A stretch of DNA of 64,000 bases, from the NCBI GenBank assembly GCA_043228905.1, contig JBHGNT010000004.1, forward strand, positions 25,854,001 through 25,918,000, given 5' to 3'. Within the stretch, counting starts at the first letter, position 1; each line of letters begins with the position of its first letter. A program made the position numbers and the translations under genes. This document shows, piece after piece, positions 1 through 12,340 of this stretch. The DNA is from Azolla caroliniana. Lineage: Eukaryota > Plantae > Polypodiophyta. The notes beneath the pieces were generated by a model. That model saw nothing but the letters and a program-made list of their open reading frames with translations, searched no databases and was not told the DNA's origin.

Positions 1-3000
1 TCCCCCCATAATCACGACCCATCTTTGGATCCCCAACAAGAAGGGCAGTAGAGCTTGCTGATCTTTGAGGAGCAGAATATGTGCCAGACAAAGCATTGCG
101 TGTCTGGCGAAAAAACAGAATTCAATCATTAGCAACTGATCATGTAAACAACAAACTCATTTGTAAAGGAATATTGCTTCGACCAAGCAGAAAACATTAG
201 TTTATAGCTGAAATATAAATAGTGCATTACGAAATACAGATTCAATTTGGCTCAGGCTGAAATAACACATAAATTCCCCATCGCCATGCTACTTCTCATA
301 AGCTATCATCCAAACAGGAAATATGGTTTATCTAGGTGAATATGATTTATTGCTGTGGTCACAAACATGGAAGCAACAAGTAATGATTTGGTGCTTGTAA
401 AGTAAAAAGCAATTAAAAAAAGGACAACTCAACACAGCCAGTCTAATTTCAACTGGCAGCATAAAAAATGCCTTTTATGAAATTTTGATAAACACAGCAA
501 GGAATGTTATAAAAGTTTCTATGCATCATATGAACATGGTATATTTGGAGGATATGATTGCATTATACATCCAATATTTAGAAAAAAAATAACAATATAT
601 TACATTAAAATATAGAAGTTTCACTCAATTCGTCACATACTAGGTTGTTTAGGGATTAGATCTTTTAGCAGCATTTACGTGAAAACATTAAGGACAACAA
701 TATTTGAAACAAATACTATGTGCTAATATAAAATAGGTGAGTTAACATTGAATATACAAAACATAGACACACTTATGTGAATATTTGGCTGAGTGATTCA
801 TAGCAGATCTCTAACTTGCACCCTAAGGAAACTAAAGAATAAGGATGCAATCTTATCCCTGAAGATACAAACTGTAATAGTTCATTTCTAAGGAAGATTC
901 CAACTACTGTCACCAACTGTGCATTCTCTGGATTGATGAAACGGTTAGAAACCTAAAATCGACCAACCTTTGTTGCTGCACGAGCAAGCGCCTGGACAAC
1001 TGTTTCTTTGCTTAGAAATTGCACAGCATTCTCCACCATCTGAGCCAATATATATCTTTAAAAGTTATTATGATAACAAGTTAAATTTCTCACAATGCCA
1101 ATAATAGTAGTAAACACATTGCCCAACCTTTGATGTCAATGGAGGACGAGAAACAGCAAAGCCAAAGGCAACCACAAGAGTAACGGCTGAGGTAGCCGCT
1201 CCAGCAAAAGGGGGGTAAATCTCCAAGCTTGCTACGACACCCCAGCCAACCATCGCTACAGCAACTCCAAACAAAACTAGCAATGCCCCGCTGATGGTTA
1301 ACACAAACAGTCTGATAATGAGTAAGAGTGCATTATGCTAAGCAAGACTATGCAAACATTTATCTTTAGGCAATCTGCTATACCTGACATTCTTAGCAGA
1401 ATCAGCATGTGCATCATAAACATATACAGGAAGGACACGTGGTGAATATACCACAACAGGGGGAGAAAGTAGAACCTACAAATTAAATTGATATATTCAA
1501 CACGTTCTTTATAACCATGAAAATCATAGCAAATTAAAGTGATGCCATAGAAAACTAATTCATGCACATCTCAGAAATATTTTTTATGAAAGAATAGCTG
1601 GCAAGTCTGTGTGACTTACAGTCAATGCTCTCCCAGCCAGAAGAAATAAGAAAGAAAAATAGCCAACAGATGCTCCCACAAAAGGTTCATCTGACAGTTA
1701 GCATGGAAAACTCAGTGAGGGTTATTGTACTGAATGAGAAAATGTGTAAATGCATTGGTGTAAATACTGAAGACTTTACATACTTGCTAGAAGACCCACA
1801 AGGAAAGCTGCAAGTGCTAGAACAAATGCCGCAAGACAAACTAGGAACATCTCCGCCCTTGTTAGATAGAAGTTGTGGGATGCCCAGTAATGAATAACAC
1901 TTATTGCAGAGACCAGCAACAGTAGAATGAGAAGAAATGCAGCACCAACCTGAAACTCAAACCCCAATGTTTCAGATTTTATTTTGGAAATCCAGAAAGA
2001 ACAAGATTTTTGTTTTACATGAAGTCCTACCATCCATGGATTTATGGTAGCTATTACTGCAGCTATTGCACCAAGAAGAAGAAAGAGTCCAAAACCTAAG
2101 AAAATATACACTCCACGTGAAAGCTGCCACCCTTCATCCTTCCTACAAAACCCAACATTTTTGGTCACAAATATATACTCATTTTTTTGTTTTTGATTAA
2201 ATCTTTACAAAAGATAAAGGTAATTTATGCATTAGAACTTTGAAGATATGAGCATCTGTCCTCCCAATATTACCCATGGAGTCATTCATAACAGAAACCT
2301 GATCAAACGTGGGATTTTGTCCAAACTACTCTGAGAGACGAAGATATGTTCACCCAGATTCCGGTATTAAACAGTGTTTTGCCCGAACCATATATAAGCA
2401 GCACATGAATAATAAACTTCGAACACAAGACCATAAGGACACTCTCTCCAATCCAAACGTTAACCTTGCTGCATCCACCTCACATTTCATATCATGCAAA
2501 AGCAATTTGTGCAATTGTACAGATCATGTGAACATCAATATCTGTTAATTCAATTGTACTCTCACAGCATGTCATATATGTATTATAATAGGCCATTTTA
2601 GTGCTCAAATTCGATTCATCACATATGCACAGCCTTTAAGATTTCTATAGTTATCATGTTTAAATTCTAGCCTCATTCTAGCCTTCGCATCCTTGAAATG
2701 CACCGTTAACATTCATGATTACAAAAAAACTAAGGGATGGATGACCAATAGAGGATCATTGACTCCAAGCTCTTTACTCCTTCACTAAGCACCTTTTGTC
2801 AAATATCAGGACATTTTGATGGATTCCAATAACTGGTCAACCAGACATTCCATCAACAAGTACAGTAAAATCCTAGTAACATATTATTCTAACTGTAAAA
2901 GAATTATGTCCTTTTTCAAAGACTCACATCACAAAGTTCTCTTCATCTTGCAATCATCACACTATAATTGCCTAAGGTAGGGATGACCAACAAGAAACTT

Positions 3001-6000
3001 TGGTAGGCAGTTACATTCCCATCAAAGATCAGTACAGACACCATAATAGACGACTGGGAATCTAAACTTTACTTGGGCTACAAATCCTGTACATTGAATA
3101 TATTGATGTGAAAATTAAATGCTCTGTTCAAGCTACAAAATAAGAATCTAGATTTCCTAACGGCAATGGCGATACAAAGACGTAGCACTTTAGCATGTCA
3201 ATTGTCCTAAAGATATTACATCTCAGCAAGATTAATCTCAGCAATTGTCCAGGGCTATATTTGTATCATTAAAAACTTACTGGTCAACTTTGTAGCTTCT
3301 TCATGTTGGAAATCTCTTTATTTGTTTTTCTTTAAAATGGTCACCAATATAAAAGAATAACCATGTCCATAATGTTTAAATTCTCAAAATATTCCGAATA
3401 TTGAGAAACATGCATAGAACCACAAGTTGATGAAAATAAAGCCTAGCATAGAGCAAATACAATTTAAATAGTCTTACACAGAACAAGTAATAATCTGGAA
3501 AAGACCATACCATTTGTAGAGCCCGCAAGAAAGTGACAGTAGGGCAGGTATGCAGATGAGAGGTAAGAGAGCAGCCAAGAAATCTGCCTTAGCCGGAACT
3601 TGATCCTCCCGTAAGCGTACAATGAATACATATGAAAGTCCACAGAAGACGACCAAAACAACTAAAGCAGACGCATAAAGTTAGACTTCAATTTTTAAAT
3701 TTTAGACCAGAAGGGAGCTGCAAACTCAGGCAAGTCTCAAGTCTCACCTATGAATATTCCAAGGCATATTGCTGAAGATAAAGAGAGCCGATAAGTTGCA
3801 AACCAGGACACCACTGGTAAGGAACCAGTGATGATTAAAGCAAACATAGATGCTACAGCCCAGCCAATATATGTCGAAGAACCATATGGGGACGATATGG
3901 GAGTATTCTCCCAACTCAAACCACGATATGGGAGATGATTCAAAGGTTGGTATGAAATGATAGTCCCAAGTGCAACTATGCTAATAGTTAAAATAAATGT
4001 ACAGATAACAATTTTTAGAGCCTGCAAATTTATAGCGGATAAGTTTGTTTAGGAATATTGTAAAATATCAAACTTAAACTTGCGCTAAAAATAGTTGAAG
4101 AAAATCAAAATATGATAGAAGCTTCAAACAGTACATATGCCTTGATAATTATAACTCCCCGGCAATCTATACCTATTATTAACCGATTGAATTTTATAGA
4201 GATAAGCATACCTCTTTAAGCTTCATACAATGTTGGGGATTGAATGATGAAATAATTGAACGTGATTCAATCTGAAATTCACAGAATTTATATCCATTGT
4301 GGACCCAAATGGGTATGATGATAACCATGCAGCTGATCATGATAGGAACAGTCAAAGATAGTGCCAAAACTAGTGAAGATTTGCTGCAAAAAATGTAAAA
4401 TGTAAGTATCTCACAGAACAATTTGCTACATTATAACTCAAGCCAGTAATTTACACTATACCTCAAAAAAGAAAGAAGAAGACCCACGATGGTACTCAAT
4501 GTCCACGCTGTCAGCCCAAACTAAGACAGTAAAAACGGATGTAGGTTGAGTTAGAGGTCATGTGCTTCATCATTATAGATTTCCATTAACTACAAACCCC
4601 ACCTTCTGCACCCTAGGAGAGAGGACCATGTTTTCACTTTGAAGAGCTTGGCAGAAGGCCATAATTGTACAAAACACTGGAGGAAGGAGCAGTGCTGAAA
4701 TACCAAACTCAATCTGAAATTTGATAAAAGAAATGCAAAAAAATTATCAGAACCTTGATTTCATATTGTACATGAGTCAAGTATGATAGCTAGCAGTAAT
4801 ATGAGGAAATGGTTATTCCTACAAACATGATTATGCGTGAGGAATAAGCCCACAGAGCTGTACTAACTTGTTTGTGAGTCGTATTTAAGATAGTCACTGT
4901 CTTTGGACAGAAAATGGAAACAGCAACCAGTTCACCTATGAACACAATACTGAAAAGTCCCCATGCACGTTCAGGTGTACCGGCAACAAAAGTACAAAGT
5001 TTTCGGAATCTACATAGTCCACTTTCTCTTTGAATATTTTCCTGGCAATCACAGGGAGACACAGCTTGAGATTGTTCATTTTCCAATCGAGATAACTCCA
5101 GGGCTGTTTCTTCCGTATTATCCTGATGGTCCCTGTCAGCATCAAGACTAGCTCTCTTCAATAATGCCAGGAGTGGAGGGTGAATGCCTGTCTCTTCATA
5201 CATCATAGCAAAATTAGGATCAAGCCCTTTATCTTGCAAGAGTGTTGTTAGTTCCTGCTCTCCATGTTTCATTCTATGCCTATTAATAGCTAATAATCCT
5301 GGATCAGCTGTAGAAGCTGGATTTACATCTAAATTATTTGGCTCGACTGGAGTGCCACAGCCGCTAGTATCAAAGTTATGACCATCCCAACCAATGGCTG
5401 AGGCTTGAAATGTCCGTTTACTAGTTTCCAAGCTTCCTTTATCTACTAATTGTTTACCATTGCATAAATTCCAACCATCCGACTCTTGAACGGTAAAATG
5501 CCTTGAACTACCTGGTAAGACAACACTCAGGGCACCACTATCCACACTTCTTCCACTGTTAAGACCATCATGCACTTCATCCACTCCAGATGCAGTACGA
5601 CCAGGTGCGGCTGTATGCCACACACACATCTGGCTACGGTCAATGCTACTGCTAAGTTTAACGCTTGAGCCATGGCCTTCAGAAAAACTAGAGCAACTAC
5701 CAGGTCCCTTTCTGCGGAAGCCTTCTCTCAGTCGAACCCTAGCATTTGCCAGATAAGCTCTTCTTGCAGCTCCAGCATTAGAAGCTGAAAAATGTCGTCT
5801 AACTGCTGCTCCAAGAAGAACAGATGCTACCACAGCATAGCTAATACAATGACCCAGATACCTGTCACACAGCAACTCAGAGTTACTTGCATTACAAATA
5901 AAAGTGGTTCTATTTTAATTTATTGCTGTATAATGTAGCATACCAATAATGAACTCCAAAACAGATTAAGAACACTCGATAAACTCCAGCAAGAAAAAGA

Positions 6001-9000
6001 GCCAAGACACGACTCCTTAAAAGCTCAAAGCCAAATAAGCATGCACCAATATTTGCATCTGAGGTGCCAAAATCAGAGACTAAGCACAAGGGCAATTGCT
6101 GACCTAGCTTGCTGAAATTACTCAAAGAAATTAAACATATTAATTGGCAATTCTTACCAAATATAAATACAGAGGCAGCGGTCACACCCCCCAGCCAGCA
6201 AGCTTCTTTGGCTGTAAAACCATATAAAATAGAATACACAGCAAGTACAGCTACTGAACCCACGTACAATAATGCTGGGCGAGTGGTCCTGAAATATATC
6301 ATAAAAACTGAATCACGTGTTTGTATCATTACCTGAAGCCATATGTGTTCAGAAACTACCAGAACATCAAAAACATGCATAGAACAGGCAAAGCCATAAC
6401 AGAGTGTCCCCTACTGTGGTCAGAGAAGATTCATGGTAGGAGCTGTGAAAGAAATACAGTATTTGAGCACTTCCCTTGCATTCAGTTGTCATCATTGAGT
6501 TAAATTGTCTTTTGTCAACTTAGTGTATCAGCACTAAATGGTCACAATGACATTTAATAGGTTGAAGTGCATGGGGATGCATTCCTAGACTGAATAATAG
6601 TCCCTTCTACGCCTTATGTTTTCATGAGATTTCTCGTGAGCAATATAATAAACCTTACAAGTATCAATTCCCACAGATGCAAATAAATGATAGAACCTAT
6701 AGATACATCAAGAATTCCTGTTTTACTAGTACTGTCCAAGATAATAATGAAGAACACCTAACCTTCCAGCATCGAATAAGATGAAATCCTTGAGATCTGG
6801 CGGTTCTGGAAGGCAAGCTAAACGCCCAACTTCAATACTATCTGCATACGCATACTTATAGGACCTTCGTACATACTCATCCACATCTAAACCAGCACCT
6901 AAAAAATTTGCAGCTAAAGGAAATACATTAGTTTTTCATCATTTATATAGCTAAAATATGTATTAGAAGTGCAAGAAGACAACAGAAACATCCTTACCAT
7001 TAAAAACCATTTTGCAGATAAAGAGCATATTTATTGCTAAAGCAATTGCAGAGACACCGAAAAAAAATCCAGATGCTGAATATTGCTTTGATGTCTGTCT
7101 ACCAGCAGTTACATATATTGCTGTGATCTCATATGCACACAACAGAGATACAGCCACTAAAAGAAGCACTGCAACAGCTCCTGCTCCAAAGTGACACGAA
7201 AATGCTTAAAATATAAGTGGGATTATTTAAGTTTTTGGCACCATAATGCATTCACACATGTACACAAACAAAATGAGAATTTTCTCATAAAATTACAGTT
7301 CAGTAAATTTTATGCACATTGAATGGACAAGATAAATAGCAGAATTAGGGTGAGAATGGAATAGGTGACACACATATACATTAAGGAATCATCTTTTCAA
7401 CTTACTTGAGCTTTGCCACCGGGTCCGCCACCAGAGCATAACAGCATAGCAGGCAAGTAGAAGGGATGTCCCAGGCAGGAGAACAGCAAGACCAATTGTA
7501 TCATGCTCCAAAATCTCAATCAGCCTTACACCCCACAATATTAGCACCAATAATGGAGACACAACCAGTGCCCAAGCAATATAGGACATGATCCCTGATA
7601 ATATGCTTAGCAAACAAAATCTTTTTATACAAACTGGCCATTCCCGCATTATAACATAACTGCACAATAGCATAGCAAATTCGCATTAAAATCCTGCATC
7701 AAAGACCAAAAAGAACTAATAGCAGAATGGCAAGACAGCAGACTAAATCAGCCTAATATTTACATGCATCCCTCTCTTACTTCAATGCCATTAATTTTAG
7801 CATTTACTTGGCAATCAGTAATCATTTTATTCTAGAAGACATGTGGCAAAATGAACTCTTCTAGAGACTTTATCTAGCTATGATATTGGTACAGGTTGAA
7901 AAACGTTTCAACTTCTTAACTCAAACCCAATATCTTCAATTTGCATGCCTATGCTATCCTAAGAATAGAAACATGGGACATCCAAAATAGGCAGTATTTA
8001 GAAGCTTAGGTAAACCCATCATTATTCTATAATAGATCTTGGCATTTCAGTAAAACCAGTGCTTGCCATTGTTATTCTACATGTTTTATGTAGCTATAGT
8101 GCTAGTGCTTTAATACCTATCGTCTCTGAAATTCTTGCTCCATTTGTTCTTATTTTCTTATGCTACAAAGTTCTTTCTACATAAGGTTTCCAATGCCAAA
8201 AACCTTTGAAGTCACATTTACTTTTTCCTTTTTCTCTTGGTGCTATAAAGTCAATTTATACAAGTCTCGAAGTGAGGTAACCTTTTTATTACCATTATAA
8301 ATAGTGTTACCTCCACCAGTACAGTTATAATCTGAAATTTAAAGACATTTATACGCCTTAATCTTCCTTGCGCCATTTTCATACAAGACTATAACCAGAA
8401 TGAGGACATTAATATCTTTATCAATGTATTCAAAAGCCGTAACCACAGACAAACAGGGAATATAGAGAAGGCTAAGATTGCAAATTTACTAAGGTTGGCA
8501 TAAAGAGTATGTGTAAAGCACAACCTGATAATGTATTGTTAAATGATAAATGTAAGTCTGAAAACCCCAAACATAAGGTCATTCCTGAAACAAGCTATGC
8601 ATTGACACATGTACAAAGCAGTACAATACTCTCAAAAAGAAGAAACGAAGGCAATATGGACATAATAAAGTGATGCAAGATACATTGTATCTTAAAAAGC
8701 TCCAAAAAGGGTATGGAGAGCCATCAAGAAAAAACAATAGAAGTAAAGGGATATTCCTCCTAAGCTCAAATTTGAACACGTGTGAGCAATGTTACATGAA
8801 GTACAAAAAACCCATGACCAACATGTTTTATGGAATACCCATAGAAGTTTTTGAGTATAAACCCACAATGAAAAGCATAAAAGAACTTCAGAATAGCAAG
8901 TCTGTAATGCACTTCAACTATGTTCACAAGCGTTAAAACAAAAATGGTCCAGTGGCCAAATTTGAACACGTGTGAGCAATGTTACATGAAGTAAAAAAGA

Positions 9001-11145
9001 CCCATGACCAACATGTTTTATGGAATACCCATAGAAGTTTTTGAGTATAAACCCACAATGAAAAGCATAAAAGAACTTCAGAATAGCAAGTCTGTAATGC
9101 ACTTCAAATATGTTCACAAGCGTTAAAACAAAATGATCCAGTGGCCAAATTTGAACACGTGTGAGCAATGTTACATGAAGTACAAAAGGCCCATGACCAA
9201 CATGTTTTATGGAATACCCATAGAAGCTTTTGAGTATAAACCCACAATGAAAAGCATAAAAGAACTTCAGAATAGCAAGGCTGTAATGCACTTCAAATAT
9301 GTTCACAAGCATTAAAACAAAATGATCCAGTGGCCAATCAATGGATTCACATTACTAAGCCACAATAACAAAAGGTTTTCCTTGAGATTGGAAATGTAAT
9401 TGGATCAAAATACTTTAAAAAGGAGGGAACAGAAATCAGATCAACGATTGTCACACAATTAAAATGGTATCTTGTATGGCTAACTTAGTAGCACTGCTGA
9501 ACATCAACTCGGTGAATGAGCTGAGAACAAAGCAAGAGTGTTGTGGGATATGCAGGTTTCAAATGCAAACATGGAACCATTGATCATCTTATTTGTTTGT
9601 GGGTTATAATGGAAAAGAGTCCCTTTGACGAAAAACCACTGTAAGTCTGCATTGCAGATTCCTCCAAGGATAAAATTGTGCGGAAGAAAGGAAAAGTTTG
9701 GTGTACCAACACACATCAACTTAAGGTGTTAATAGCATAAGAGTGAAGACAAAGAAAGGCTGTCCAGGATACTTCATGAGCACTGTAGGAGTGCAACAAG
9801 AATGCCCTCTATAAACTATTCCATTTAGTTTATGTATTGGGCAACTAGAAGAGTTCATCAAAGAAGCCTTAAGAGAAGATGAGGAAAAACCTGTCAGTGG
9901 GCATTTCACAAATGTTGCTTCTGATTTATGTTGGAGATGTCATATTTTAGCATAGGCTAAGTTGAGACAGCAAAAAGCTTATAGATACTGTACATACTTT
10001 CTGTGGGCATAGTGGCCTGGCAGTCAATATGTCACACGAGAGAAGTCATGGTGGTCACCATTGCGACTAAGAGGACCACCCTCCATTCTGTAATATTTCT
10101 AGAATCTGGAAAAAGTCCAATGGATTTTTCTGCCCTTCAAAAAATTTCACATACACATTGAAAGTCCCCAAGTCCACATACACATTGAGAGAGTGCCTTG
10201 AAGTTGCTTCCCCAAGTCCAAATGGGAAATTGGATGCGCAGTATAGAAATGATATCGAGAAATGACATCCAGAAATGGTTTGCAATATGGCAAGTTGAAG
10301 AAAGTGAATTTCTTTCATACAGATGGGTCCAATAAAATAGTTTGCACAATGATGAGTTAAAGAATTTTGGGATGTCAATGTAGAGAAACGAAAGGGATAA
10401 GAGAAGGAACATTCATGCCCAAGAGGCTGAAATGTGCATCACAGAGTTGGTGCACACATACATTGAAAAAAGAAATTGGGGAAAAAAATAATATTGAGCA
10501 CAGAGAGAGAATATGTGATCTATGTTCACTTTTAATGCCTGAAACAGACAAACATGTCCATTTGGAATGCCTCTAATATAAGGACCTTAGATACAATTAT
10601 CAGGAATACCTACAAGGTTTTACTGGTTTCCAGAAATTCTCAGAAAGATGGAACCATCACCGACAACATTAAGCATGCTCTTTGATTGCCTACAACTCTG
10701 ACTACAGAACCAAATTCGTGGAAAATCAAACCAGTAAAATTCGGCAATTAGCTCAATTCTTCATTTCAGCTTTTACATCTTCTTTTATCATTGTGAATCC
10801 CCGACAAGCAAGGCTCAGAAAAATGCTTTGTCGCTAGTATTGGGCAGGTGTTCATATATTGCCATCATTGTCATGACATCCCAGCTTGATGTAATTTCTA
10901 AGGTCTCATTGGAATAATTTATCCTTTTACAGATAGGATTTCTTAAACCCTAAAACAGTTTGCCAGATGACAAGTTGAAAACTCTCTCACCCTCTCTCTC
11001 TCATAAAGCAAGTTTATTCATTTAACCTGTACAATCTCCATGGTCTCCAATTGACGATGCAGAGGATCGCCACAGAGAAGACACTGCATAGCGAGAAGGT
11101 GGATCCATACACGATGCAAGTCACTAGGAGCTCGTGATGGTCCAT
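1..11145 (-). CDS. DEK1: Phytocalpain DEFECTIVE KERNEL 1, 5' part (membrane domain, loop, start of linker); 3' part lies outside the window
   Basis: Coding exons (minus): 11145-11027, 7659-7406, 7180-6998, 6898-6763, 6288-6158, 6058-5944, 5861-4868, 4713-4603, 4520-4462, 4383-4212, 4021-3748, 3661-3511, 2142-2031, 1949-1784, 1690-1620, 1475-1384, 1290-1128, 1039-968, 103-<1. All introns are GT-AG with consistent phases. DEK1 signature peptides: VNWRPWRLY, MLWWRTRWQSSRAVA, SGFFFGVSAIALAINMLFIC, GLDVDEYVRR, YWYLGHCISY, RLREGFRRK, GLDPNFA, YSPRVLPVYVYDAHAD, TRNALSGTYSAPQRSASS. Confidence 0.96.
8767..9337. repeat. Tandem triplication of a ~189-190 bp unit in the first coding-region intron of DEK1
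   Basis: The unit starting CAAATTTGAACACGTGTGAGCAATG recurs at 8767, 8957 and 9146, and the copies are near-identical. Confidence 0.95.
9400..10650 (+). mobile_element. Degenerate non-LTR retrotransposon (RT plus C-terminal Cys/His finger, RTEX-like) in a DEK1 intron, antisense to DEK1
   Basis: Broken translations include AGFKCKHGTIDHLICL (~9550), STVGVQQECPL (~9780), LLLIYVGDV (YADD equivalent, ~9915) and ERICDLCSLLMPETDKHVHLEC (~10505). Boundaries are approximate. Confidence 0.75.
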
Positions 11146-11830
11146 GGCCGTTGCCGGTGATGCCCACTTCTCAAAGACGTAGAGAGATTCTTCATTCACT
11201 CCCTCCTCCTCAGCAGGAATGGAATCTCACAGATATTTTGTGGTGGCAGGGGGGAATCTAAGGTTGTTCCAGAATCTAAGAATGTACCCATACCTGCGTA
11301 GGAAACCAAAACGAAAACTTCCTTTTGCAGTCGACAAGAAAGTTATTTCCTTACTTTCCTTCCTTATTTGCACAATCTTCCTGAGCCTTGTCTTCCTTCA
11401 AATGAGAAAAACCTTACAGATAGTTTTTACCTGTTCCTGCAGATCTAAATGCAGCGGCTTCTTGTCTCGATTCCCCTGCAGATTCTGTTTTGATTCTTTC
11501 CCCCTTACATAAGACCTGTAGAGTTGAGCTCCATGGATCCAAAGAGGAAAGAAGCGGGGGAAAGGAAGAAAAGGAAGGCGAAACTGAATGAATTTTTCTA
11601 GGAAGATAGGGGTGAAGAGAATGCGTGAGAAAGAAACGGGGGAGGGGGGAGGGAGGTAGAAACAGAGGTAGATAATGGAAGAACGAAAGAAGAGGTAGAA
11701 AGGCAGATCTGTAGAGGTATGGCTAGAAGCTCTGAGCTTTGAAACCCTAATTTTGAACACACAGGGAGAAAACACACAGTAAGTAGTAACAGAGATAGTC
11801 ACAGTCAGTCATAGAACACACAGAGGAAGG
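11146..11830 (-). promoter_or_regulatory. Probable DEK1 5' UTR with a putative intron (11430-11294), two uORFs, a CT-rich leader and a telo-box
   Basis: Donor CAG|GTAAAA at 11430 and pyrimidine-rich acceptor ...TTTCCTACGCAG at 11294. AAACCCTAA lies at 11742-11750, with an AT-rich TATA-like tract at ~11860-11875. The TSS is inferred, not observed. Confidence 0.5.
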
Positions 11831-11909
11831 AAAGGAAAAAATGGAAGTTAAAAAATTGAAAATATATATTTAAATTCTAAAAATAATAATAATAAGCGAG
11901 CGTTAACCT

Positions 11910-11936
11910 TAACGGCGCCGTTAGCCTCTTGCCGTT
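11910..11936. promoter_or_regulatory. Cluster of three AACGG (MSA/MYB3R-like) cores upstream of DEK1
   Basis: Perfect 14-bp palindrome TAACGGCGCCGTTA (11910-11923), plus CCGTT at 11932-11936. Confidence 0.4.
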
Positions 11937-12045
11937 ACTTCCGTCTTTGTTCGTCTTTGGACAAATAACCCAGCAAAAAATGGTGTGTGTGGTGTTTGTT
12001 TTGGGGCCGTATTTGTGCTTTGTGTGTGTGTGTGTGTCACACCCC

Positions 12046-12340
12046 GGCCATTTCATTTGGCCTTCCACTCCATTCCACCTCTCCCGTAATAGTTTCACCA
12101 CCACCATCACAACCGGTTGACACCACCCAACCAACCTTACGTCACTTGCCTACTCTCGATCAAATTTGGTCTCATGGGCCAATTTTTTGGTCTTAGAAGA
12201 CGTTAATATATCTTTCTTTCTTTCTCTCGATCAACCTGGCCATTTCATTTGGCCTTCCATGCCTCTCCCACACCTTCACCGCCACCACAATTCACACTTC
12301 CCAACCTTGATCGACCTTACGTCAGTTGCCTACTCTCGCT
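12046..12340. repeat. Diverged direct duplication (~110 bp) upstream of DEK1, flanking the 60-bp LINE tail
   Basis: GGCCATTTCATTTGGCCTTCCA...ACCTTACGTCA(C/G)TTGCCTACTCTCG occurs at ~12046-12158 and ~12238-12338. Confidence 0.75.
12164..12223 (+). mobile_element. 60-bp, extremely 5'-truncated LINE 3' end with 11-bp target-site duplication
   Basis: TSD CTCTCGATCAA at 12153-12163 and 12224-12234. The insert matches the 3' termini of the LINEs at ~19100, ~27080 and ~57200 and ends in a (TCTT)n tail. Confidence 0.8.

Noticed and set aside
8579-9315. Several 60-130 aa ORFs on both strands
   Set aside because: They arise from the 190-bp tandem repeat inside a DEK1 intron and show no protein motifs.
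11014-11199. ORF-track start 'MNEES' as the DEK1 N-terminus
   Set aside because: That start is GTG. The in-frame ATG in good context is at 11145 and matches the usual DEK1 start position.
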